64,000 nucleotides of DNA from a virus. The stretch lies in the IMG/VR virus record IMGVR_UViG_3300023174_000053, positions 64,001 to 128,000 of that record; one strand, 5' to 3'. Positions 1-7,152 of this stretch are shown one piece after another; positions within the stretch are counted from its first letter, which is position 1, and each line of letters begins with the position of its first letter. Both the position numbers and the translations under genes were made by a program. The notes beneath the pieces were generated by a model. That model was not told the origin of the DNA, ran no database searches, and worked only from the letters and a program-made list of their open reading frames with translations.

Positions 1-423
1 CTTAGCAAAATCACCCAATCCATAATAACGATTCGCAGATGTCCATTGAATCAAACCATAACCACCTGAGCAATTATAGTATGACGTTATACTACCACCT
101 TCACAAACACTAGATTGGAATGTTGATTCCTGTTTAATGTTGCCCATGATGGTAGCAAGGGCGTTTCTGTCTTTGATTCCAATATCTTGGAAGTAATCAA
201 GAGCATTTTGCTCTACATTTGAACACCCTTTACAAATTAACCTTTTCTCTTTTGGTTTTTCGGGAACAACCTCTTTGGTCGTTGTCTTGGTCTCAAACTC
301 CTTAATCACAGAAAATGGTGGCGGGGCACTCAATGGGGGAGGAGGAAATAAACCAGGCAATGTTGCCATATTGGTCGTAACCGCTGCCAAAAGGGGCAAG
401 GTTACTGTAAAGAAATTTTGCAT
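1..423 (-). CDS. Phage tail-lysozyme-like / cell wall hydrolase (runs off window edge)
   Basis: Manual translation from ATG at 423: MQNFFTVTLPLLAAVTT...ALATIMGNIKQES...GGYGLIQWT; GN-x-x-x-ES and G-x-G-L-x-QW are typical of the Phage_lysozyme2 family; hydrophobic N-terminus. Confidence 0.7.
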   Translation of the reverse strand, partial: MQNFFTVTLPLLAAVTTNMATLPGLFPPPPLSAPPPFSVIKEFETKTTTKEVVPEKPKEKRLICKGCSNVEQNALDYFQDIGIKDRNALATIMGNIKQESTFQSSVCEGGSITSYYNCSGGYGLIQWTSANRYYGLGDFAK

Positions 424-431
424 TTAAATTA

Positions 432-500
432 ATTGAACTCTACATCCGTATAAAAGGGGGGTACACCAAACCTCTCGGTAGGCACCTTCCACGGCTCTAA
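432..500 (-). ncRNA. Structured cis-regulatory RNA in the 5' leader, possibly PhotoRC-II-like
   Basis: GC-rich island in an AT-rich leader: AGAG-CCGUGGAAGG-UGCC-UACC-GAGA-GGU-UU-GGUG...CCUUUUAUACGG-AUGUAGAGUUC; nested stems with a GNRA tetraloop; the family name is from memory and unverified. Confidence 0.55.
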
Positions 501-592
501 TTTTCACGATCAAATTCTCATAATATTAAAACCTACTCATAATAGGAATCCAAAAATGGATTTTTACATTATATCAGAGTATTTAGAAATGG

Positions 593-787
593 TTAAAAAT
601 CTAAAAAGTTTCCACTGATATAATCAAGTGATAATACTTCAAGGTTTTCTTTTTGAATTACCCAATCACGGATTTCATCATAGATACATTTCGCATCTCT
701 TGCTCTACCATCTTCACACAAATCATGCATACGATTGATATGTTGTTGTATTGTATCATTACAGATTTTTTTGAGGTGAAGTTTCAT
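593..787 (-). CDS. Small hypothetical protein (MKLHLKKICND...)
   Basis: ORF track 593..856; ATG at 787 preferred because a sigma70 promoter lies at 828-856. Confidence 0.6.
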   Translation of the reverse strand: MKLHLKKICNDTIQQHINRMHDLCEDGRARDAKCIYDEIRDWVIQKENLEVLSLDYISGNFLDF

Positions 788-1205
788 AAAAGTAATCTTT
801 CCTAAAATACCTTGAAAGTATGTTAGAATTATAGTACTTTGGCACTCCACCGTCAAGTGCTTCCGTCAAAACGTTATTCAAAAACAACTGCCTTGTCTCT
901 TCATAGTTTGTCTTACCTAATGTCTTATGAAGAGATAAAATACTTCTTTTGAACTTATCTTTACCTAATAACTTAATATCATCTTTCAGTTCAGGACAAG
1001 AACCATAATAATTTTTCCAATCACTTTCTTGTTTTACTTTTCTTTTCTTTCCTTTTGGTGTTCTAAAAGACCAAAAGTATTTTCTTCCCAAATATTTTCT
1101 TTGAGTTTCTTCACAACTTATCAAATAAACAAATCCAAAATTCTCTTGAATATCTTCTGTCTCAAAAACTTTTCCTTGATATAACCAAGGGTTTTCATAA
1201 CTCAT
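759..1205 (-). CDS. GIY-YIG family endonuclease (conserved T4-like phage protein)
   Basis: GFVYLI...KYLGRK motif, YYGS, conserved E and YYN near C-terminus. Confidence 0.75.
   Translation of the reverse strand: MSYENPWLYQGKVFETEDIQENFGFVYLISCEETQRKYLGRKYFWSFRTPKGKKRKVKQESDWKNYYGSCPELKDDIKLLGKDKFKRSILSLHKTLGKTNYEETRQLFLNNVLTEALDGGVPKYYNSNILSRYFRKDYFYETSPQKNL
828..856 (-). promoter_or_regulatory. Sigma70-type early promoter
   Basis: TTGACG-17 nt-TATAAT inside the upstream endonuclease gene. Confidence 0.65.
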
Positions 1206-1234
1206 TCGGGCCCTTAATAATCTTCAAGTTATTT

Positions 1235-1273
1235 AGATATAACTTATCTTTCAACCCTAACAGAGTGATTATA
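1235..1273 (-). repeat. Copy 1 of a ~38-nt -10 box plus leader element (copy 2 at 33169-33206, + strand)
   Basis: TATAATCACTCTGTTAGGGTTGA(A)AGATAAGTTATATCT, identical apart from one A indel. Confidence 0.9.
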
Positions 1274-1296
1274 GTCATAAAAAAAGCACCTGTCAA
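1268..1296 (-). promoter_or_regulatory. Consensus sigma70 promoter
   Basis: TTGACA-17 nt-TATAAT; the -35 lies across the loop of a terminator hairpin. Confidence 0.8.
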
Positions 1297-1303
1297 GGTG
1301 CTT
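1279..1303 (-). terminator. Intrinsic terminator
   Basis: AAGCACCT-TGAC-AGGTGCTT followed by a T run. Confidence 0.75.
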
Positions 1304-1322
1304 AATAAATTGTAATATTATA

Positions 1323-3452
1323 TCAATCTTCGTCTTTTGGTTTAAATCTTCCAATTTCAGGCATTGAGTGTTGTTGCTTACCACCTCTCTTAGCAACACT
1401 TGTTCTTACACTATTGATATTATCAAATCTTTGAAGTTCTTTCATTCTTGCCTTTCTTTCCTTAGAACCAACATCAGTTCTTAGTGCTTGTAGTTGTCCC
1501 TCTTCATTATCAAGGAGTTTGCTTTCCTTTCTCTTCATTTTAGCAACAGGAAGAGGTTTCTTTTCTTCCATAATACTTTCAAACCAACCCTCACTCATAT
1601 TGTTGATAATCACATTTGCGTCATCAATTGTATTAGCAAAGTTATTTTCTAAAAGATATGATGCTACAAACTCGTATGCTTCATATGCCTCTCTATTGAG
1701 CATCTTTTTCTCTCTAGGGGTCAAAGCACTTCTTTGTGCTCCTCTTGCTGCCTGCTTTGCTTTTACCGTAGGGTCATTGGACTTATAAGCATATCCGTGA
1801 AGACCAGGATTTGAAGAAGTTGTATCACGGAAATCACCTCTTTGCTTTCTAGCAAGATTTTGTCTTGCATTTTGTTTTGCACTATCTCCATAAGTTGGTC
1901 TGTTTTCAAGTGCAGTTGCTCTATCAGCAGATTCTCCACCTTTTGTGTTTCTAGCAATCGTATTACGAATTGCAACCTCATCATAACCTCTCTTAGCCAT
2001 CGCAGTTGCTTCATTCGCAAGAACTTTCTTACGAATTGCTCCAGCAACTCTATTCCCTGCTTCTTTTGAACCATAACGTTTTGCAGCAGATGCAGCAATC
2101 TTCTTAAACATCAAACCTGGTTTGCCTTCGTCTCTTTCTTCAATATACTCAAGTTCTTCATAAATCTCAAACATATCATCCCAAGTATATCCACTTAGGT
2201 CATAACCTTCTTCAATAAGTTCATTTACCCAAAGTTCAACTTCTTCATTATAAGATTTGTTCTTCACCATAGCAATTGCTTTTGCTTTGGGAACACCAGA
2301 AGCAATCATTCTCGCAATTCTTACATCCGCAAAGTCATTATCACCATCTTCGTCTTGGTCTACTTTTTTCTTTGCTTCGTAGATTGAAGCATAAGCACCT
2401 GCAATTTCTCTAATTGTTTTTGCAGAAGGCCATTGATATGAAGAGGTTACATCTGACTTTTTGATGTCAAGTGCTTTTTTGAGCCTATCGGTTTCACCAG
2501 AAGAAGATGAAGAACCAGAACTTGAAGAAGATGAAGGAGTAGGAGTGCTTGGACCTCTATCATTATCAGCATTTACTCTTGCTGAAATCACATCCTTTCC
2601 TGCTTGTGGTGTTGAACTATTAGCAACCTTTCTTGCAAGTCCTGGATTAGAACGAGCCCAAGTATCCATAGGATTTGCTGAACTTGCTGCTGGTTTTGGT
2701 ACTGCAGAAGCAGCAGGTTTTACTGGTGCTGTAGGTGCTGCTGCTGGTTTTGCAGCTCCGCCAGAACTACTAGAACCACCAGAACCAGAACCAGAACCAC
2801 TTCCCGCAGAATATGCAGAAAGTCCAGTTGTTGAATGTACCGACGAAGAACCCGAAGTTGGTCTAGAACCAGGAGGGGCAGGTTTGCCTTGATCCATTCT
2901 TCCGAGATTTTTCTTACCTTGTGCAATTACTTGTGCAGTGCTACTTCCCATACCTTTTTGTGCAGCAGCATTTCCGCCACCAGCAGAATATGCTGATCTA
3001 TCAGCAGCAGATAGTCCAGAAACACCAGTAGAAGTTACTGATGATCCTTTTGGTGTTGTAGTTCCAAACTGTGGTTTTGTTGCTGCTGGTGGTTTTTGTA
3101 CTGGTGGTTTTTGTATACCAAATGCATTCCCGTATGCAGCAACATCATTTGCTCTATTTTGTGTTCTTTGACTTTGTTGTCTAGCAGAAGCAGCTGTTTG
3201 TTCTGCTCTTTTTTTATCACCAATTTGTTGAGACCTTTGCATAAATGTTTTTGCCGCAGCACTGTCACCAGAAGCCGCAGCTGCTCGTGACAATCCAGCA
3301 TTTCCACCTATTGAGGCAAAGGTATCTCTACCTTGTTGTGCTTGTTGAGCCTTTTGCACTCTATCAGCACTATAAGGTCCTTCATTCAACTGCTCTCCAC
3401 CATAAACACTTGAATATAACTCGTTCAATGCGTCTAAATCTTTTTTATTCAT
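1323..3452 (-). CDS. Low-complexity modular protein, probable internal head/virion protein
   Basis: 709 aa; Gly/Ser/Ala/Pro tracts, acidic helical modules, many L/I-x-E sites, late promoter upstream. Confidence 0.6.
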   Translation of the reverse strand: MNKKDLDALNELYSSVYGGEQLNEGPYSADRVQKAQQAQQGRDTFASIGGNAGLSRAAAASGDSAAAKTFMQRSQQIGDKKRAEQTAASARQQSQRTQNRANDVAAYGNAFGIQKPPVQKPPAATKPQFGTTTPKGSSVTSTGVSGLSAADRSAYSAGGGNAAAQKGMGSSTAQVIAQGKKNLGRMDQGKPAPPGSRPTSGSSSVHSTTGLSAYSAGSGSGSGSGGSSSSGGAAKPAAAPTAPVKPAASAVPKPAASSANPMDTWARSNPGLARKVANSSTPQAGKDVISARVNADNDRGPSTPTPSSSSSSGSSSSSGETDRLKKALDIKKSDVTSSYQWPSAKTIREIAGAYASIYEAKKKVDQDEDGDNDFADVRIARMIASGVPKAKAIAMVKNKSYNEEVELWVNELIEEGYDLSGYTWDDMFEIYEELEYIEERDEGKPGLMFKKIAASAAKRYGSKEAGNRVAGAIRKKVLANEATAMAKRGYDEVAIRNTIARNTKGGESADRATALENRPTYGDSAKQNARQNLARKQRGDFRDTTSSNPGLHGYAYKSNDPTVKAKQAARGAQRSALTPREKKMLNREAYEAYEFVASYLLENNFANTIDDANVIINNMSEGWFESIMEEKKPLPVAKMKRKESKLLDNEEGQLQALRTDVGSKERKARMKELQRFDNINSVRTSVAKRGGKQQHSMPEIGRFKPKDED

Positions 3453-3506
3453 CTTCTTAGGAGCAGTAAAAAGTACTTTTCTATATTTATTTAGTGTTTT
3501 TTAATA

Positions 3507-4847
3507 TCAATCAATAAACTGTTTCCAGTACTCATAAGAACTCATCTCTTCTCCCATATTCTTTCTTGCTTTTTTACGTGCTCTTTGTGTTTGTTTAGTA
3601 GTTTTTGGAGCAGCTGGTTTATCTCTTATTCCCGTTCTACCAGGCCTAAATGGTTTAGTTTCTGAACCAAGTCTAACAGGAACAATATCACCTTTTTTTG
3701 ATTTGCCTTTTATTTTTCTATCAGGTTTAGATTGAACTACTCGGGTAACAAATGCCCTTGTCCTAGAAGAAGGAGATTCGTTATGAGCTGCTTGGGCCAT
3801 ACTATGTGCCTGTGAAGGAATATCATCGTAAGTATCTATTGAGGATATTCTTTGGCCAGATTTTAATCTATTTTTTATAATAGAAGCAGCAGCTATTGCT
3901 TTTCTTTTTGGTCCAGAAATATTTCTAGGCATATTTCCAGTTAAATGTAGTTTTCCTCCTCCATGAGCACCTAATCCCAACATTCCAACATTTCTTAAAT
4001 GTTGTACCATCATTTGATTTCCACTTTTTGATTTATCATCATTATAATTACTCATTTGACCGCGAGCTGTGACCGCAGATGTTGGATTTATTCTTCTAGG
4101 ATTACTTCTTCTGTGTCCTGGTTGCACATGAGTTATAACAGCACGGTTACCTGAAGTGCCTCTAAGCATACCTGCATCATCAAATGACCCCTTTCCTTTA
4201 AAATCATAATGATGTCCTTTTGGTAATTTATGGTCTGCAAAATCGTGAGAACTAAGATTTTCCTTGGTTTCACCAGAAGGATTAACAACTTTAACTTTAG
4301 ATTTACTTGCCTTAAGAAATGCATCATCTAAATCTGAAAGTTTTACAGCTCTTGAAAGTTTTGCTTCTTCAATATACTCTTCAAGAATGACTGCTAAAAA
4401 TTCACTACTCATATGTTCAAACATATTTTCGGCAGTCTCATAATCTTCTGCGAATTCACTATCAACCAAAGTTTCAATTACATAATCATAAATGTTTTCT
4501 GTTTCTTCTTTTTGTGCTGCGTAATAAGCACCAAGTGCTCTCTTAATTCTTTGCTTCTTACTATCACCTTTGAAGGTTTTGCTCTTTGAATGGACGAAAT
4601 CACTGATTGTCGCACCAGCATCAGCACCTACATCAATCTTTTCATTTACTTCTACTTCTTCTTTTTTCACTGAAAGAAGTTTTGGTCCATTTAACTTCTT
4701 TTCTGCTGCTGCCTTTTCTCCAGGATTTGTAGTTCCTGCAGCAAGATTTGCAATTTTTGCTTTCCTTTTTGCTGCATTATGTCCTGAACCAATATCAAAA
4801 CTTACACCTTCACTGTAAATTCTTTTGAACTTAGAAATTCCAGACAT
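3507..4847 (-). CDS. Basic modular protein, probable internal head/virion protein
   Basis: ORF track; shares an acidic module with 1323..3452; TATAAATA late promoter at 4871-4878. Confidence 0.55.
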   Translation of the reverse strand: MSGISKFKRIYSEGVSFDIGSGHNAAKRKAKIANLAAGTTNPGEKAAAEKKLNGPKLLSVKKEEVEVNEKIDVGADAGATISDFVHSKSKTFKGDSKKQRIKRALGAYYAAQKEETENIYDYVIETLVDSEFAEDYETAENMFEHMSSEFLAVILEEYIEEAKLSRAVKLSDLDDAFLKASKSKVKVVNPSGETKENLSSHDFADHKLPKGHHYDFKGKGSFDDAGMLRGTSGNRAVITHVQPGHRRSNPRRINPTSAVTARGQMSNYNDDKSKSGNQMMVQHLRNVGMLGLGAHGGGKLHLTGNMPRNISGPKRKAIAAASIIKNRLKSGQRISSIDTYDDIPSQAHSMAQAAHNESPSSRTRAFVTRVVQSKPDRKIKGKSKKGDIVPVRLGSETKPFRPGRTGIRDKPAAPKTTKQTQRARKKARKNMGEEMSSYEYWKQFID

Positions 4848-4870
4848 ATGAGTAAGCAATACCTTCTTTT

Positions 4871-4878
4871 TATTTATA
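4871..4878 (-). promoter_or_regulatory. T4-type late promoter
   Basis: TATAAATA. Confidence 0.7.
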
Positions 4879-4880
4879 AT

Positions 4881-4903
4881 AAAAAGAGGGGTCGAAACCC
4901 CTC
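4881..4903 (-). terminator. Intrinsic terminator closing the nrdA-nrdB-endonuclease-deamidase unit
   Basis: GAGGGGT-TTCG-ACCCCTC-TTTTT (UUCG loop). Confidence 0.85.
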
Positions 4904-5318
4904 ATATTACATTTAATCCTGGTTTTAATACTTCATATTTTCCATTATTAAAAACAACCCCAGAATAATAGTTTTTACCATTAAACTCACAGAACATATT
5001 ATATTCTCTACTATCTTCAAATGGGGTTATATCTATTAAGTTTCCATAGGTATTTTTCCAGATACTATGGTATATCGCACACCCATAACTTTCATCATCA
5101 ATATCTGTGATTAAATAATAACCACTTATCTTTTTCCCCCCATAAGTATTTGTATAATGATTTACATTATTGTGGCAGTTTGCATCAGCGCATAAAGGTT
5201 TAACTACCACAGGAACTTTCAATAGAATAGAAGAAAAACTACAATACTCCTGAAGTTTTATTACACACTCATCTTCTGGTAGTGATATTCTAAATTTTCT
5301 CTTCAATACTCCATCCAT
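4902..5318 (-). CDS. Putative transglutaminase/papain-like Cys-His-Asp enzyme (candidate protein glutamine deamidase)
   Basis: NC48HNNV...YGG..ISGY...AIYH84SIW...GNLID96ITP: order and spacing of a C-H-D triad; overlaps the endonuclease 3' end by 29 nt. Confidence 0.6.
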   Translation of the reverse strand: MDGVLKRKFRISLPEDECVIKLQEYCSFSSILLKVPVVVKPLCADANCHNNVNHYTNTYGGKKISGYYLITDIDDESYGCAIYHSIWKNTYGNLIDITPFEDSREYNMFCEFNGKNYYSGVVFNNGKYEVLKPGLNVI

Positions 5319-5907
5319 TTGTTCTAGGTCCTTTTCTATTATACTTTATTGCGGCACTCATAGTCGCATATGAAATATTTTGAGATTTACAAAATTCTTT
5401 TAATCCTCCAATAATAACATATTCTTCATTTTCTGGAGAAATAATTTTCCAAGTTTTGGAATTTGAATTATCTTTTCCAAATTTTGGATGTATATTTTGA
5501 CTTATTTTGGTTTTTGTTTCTTGTGATAATTTAACTCCATATCTTGGATTATTTTTTCCTGCTACTTTTTCACTTATTCTTTTCTTTGCTTCTTCTGTGT
5601 GGGTTCTTCCACCAAAACCAGTAGTTTTTTGCCCTCCTGGTTTTCCATCACCACCAAGATTTTGATTTAATAAAACTCCGCCATCACACTCTCTTTTCCA
5701 AAGAGCGATATGTTTAATTTCCAAATCTATTGCTTCTTCTTTAGTTAATCCAGATTTAACTACATATCTCCTATGTCTTGGGGGAAGTATTTCTGCTCCA
5801 TTTCTTCTAGAATGTCTAGCATTAATTCTTCGTGGTTTTCCATATCCAACATAATATGGAGAACTAAAATCTTCCCTCAAATAGTAATAAAGAATATAGT
5901 TATTCAT
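5290..5907 (-). CDS. Free-standing GIY-YIG homing endonuclease with NUMOD3 repeats
   Basis: YILYYYLRED..PYYVGYG..RR, EA..LE..HI, GVLLNQNLGGDG, NUMOD3-like GRTHTEEAKKRISEK and GVKLSQETKTKISQ. Confidence 0.85.
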   Translation of the reverse strand: MNNYILYYYLREDFSSPYYVGYGKPRRINARHSRRNGAEILPPRHRRYVVKSGLTKEEAIDLEIKHIALWKRECDGGVLLNQNLGGDGKPGGQKTTGFGGRTHTEEAKKRISEKVAGKNNPRYGVKLSQETKTKISQNIHPKFGKDNSNSKTWKIISPENEEYVIIGGLKEFCKSQNISYATMSAAIKYNRKGPRTNGWSIEEKI

Positions 5908-5962
5908 TTTGAGACCGAACTTATCTATTATTATTTATATAATATATTAGTTCGGTCTTAAA
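5908..5962 (-). promoter_or_regulatory. Start-region-sequestering hairpin with a late promoter in its loop
   Basis: TTTAAGACCGAACT...TATAAATA...AGTTCGGTCTCAAA immediately before the ATG. Confidence 0.8.
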
Positions 5963-5967
5963 GTCAA

Positions 5968-7152
5968 TTAAAGTTGAAATCCAGCAAATGTGTCTTTTTC
6001 CACATCTTGTTTAATTCCACCAACCACATAGGACTGAACTTGTGTTTGTTGTGGTGCTACTTGAAGTCCCTTAGAACTAATCCAATGCTCCGTCCAAGGG
6101 AGTGGATTGTTTTTAGCAGCAATATCATAAAGTGGTTTAATACCAATAGACTTCATACGACGATTCGCAATCCACTCAACATAACTCCAAAGAAGTTTGT
6201 CGTTCAATCCAATCATTGAACCATCTTTGAACAAATATTCTGCCCACCTCTTTTCCTCATTTACACAATTCTCAAAAGCACCTTTTACCCATTCCTCTTC
6301 TTCCTTAGCAATTTGTTGCATTTCTGGATCATCTCCTTCACGCCATTTATTGAGGATGTTTTGAGTAATAACAAGGTGCTGATTTTCGTCTCTTGCGATG
6401 AGAGAGATAATTTTAGCGGATCCTTCCATAAGTTTGAGTTCACCAAACGCAAACGAGCAAGCGAAAGAGACATAGAATCTGATACCTTCGAGAATATTGA
6501 CATTTGCTACTGCACGATAGAGTTTTCTTTTGAGTTCATATCTTTCATCCTTTGCAGTTCCAGCACCTTCTTGTGCGTGAACCCAAAGATTTGAGTTTCC
6601 ATAATGTTGTGCGGAATTAATAAAGTCATCATAAGCACCAGTTACTGATGATGCCCGTTCAAGAATTTTTTCATTACTCAAAATAGAATCAAAAACTTCT
6701 GTGGGATCAGAGTAAACATTCTTAATAATGTATGTATAGGAACGACTATGAATCATTTCCATAAATTCCCAAACCTTCATACACGCTTCCAATTCAGGAA
6801 GAGAACAATAGGGAGTAAAAGCCATTCCGGGACCACGACCCTGAACTGAATCCAAAAGAATTTGATACTTCAAATTAGAAGTGAAGATGTGCTTTTGTTC
6901 TGGACGAAGAGTTTGATAATCCGCACGATCTTTCTGCAAAGAAACTTCTTCTGGTCTCCAGAAATATCCCAACTGCTGTTGAGTCAGTTTATCAAAGACT
7001 GGATACTTATAAGTATCATATCTTTGAACTCCAAGAGGAGCACCAAAAAACATAGGTTGCTTTTTGGCATCTACCTCTTGAGTATTAAATACGGTCATTC
7101 CTTCAATCATTTTTTCTTTCTCTGCAGTGGTTCTAAATTTTACAGGATTCAC
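5968..7152 (-). CDS. nrdB: Ribonucleotide reductase class Ia beta subunit
   Basis: FWRPEEV, DSVQGRGP, EMIHSRSY, LEGIRFY, RDENQH; the C-tail carries atypical QQTQVQSY; probable GTG start at 7152. Confidence 0.97.
   Translation of the reverse strand: MNPVKFRTTAEKEKMIEGMTVFNTQEVDAKKQPMFFGAPLGVQRYDTYKYPVFDKLTQQQLGYFWRPEEVSLQKDRADYQTLRPEQKHIFTSNLKYQILLDSVQGRGPGMAFTPYCSLPELEACMKVWEFMEMIHSRSYTYIIKNVYSDPTEVFDSILSNEKILERASSVTGAYDDFINSAQHYGNSNLWVHAQEGAGTAKDERYELKRKLYRAVANVNILEGIRFYVSFACSFAFGELKLMEGSAKIISLIARDENQHLVITQNILNKWREGDDPEMQQIAKEEEEWVKGAFENCVNEEKRWAEYLFKDGSMIGLNDKLLWSYVEWIANRRMKSIGIKPLYDIAAKNNPLPWTEHWISSKGLQVAPQQTQVQSYVVGGIKQDVEKDTFAGFQL

Noticed and set aside
2500-2830. GAACCA/GAAGAT-type short tandem repeats as a possible array
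   Set aside because: They encode Gly/Ser low-complexity linkers; there is no repeat-spacer structure, so not CRISPR
5968-7152. nrdB as a decayed gene, or alternative genetic code explaining Q for E
   Set aside because: Other catalytic Glu residues in NrdB and in other genes are encoded normally; the change is confined to three tail codons
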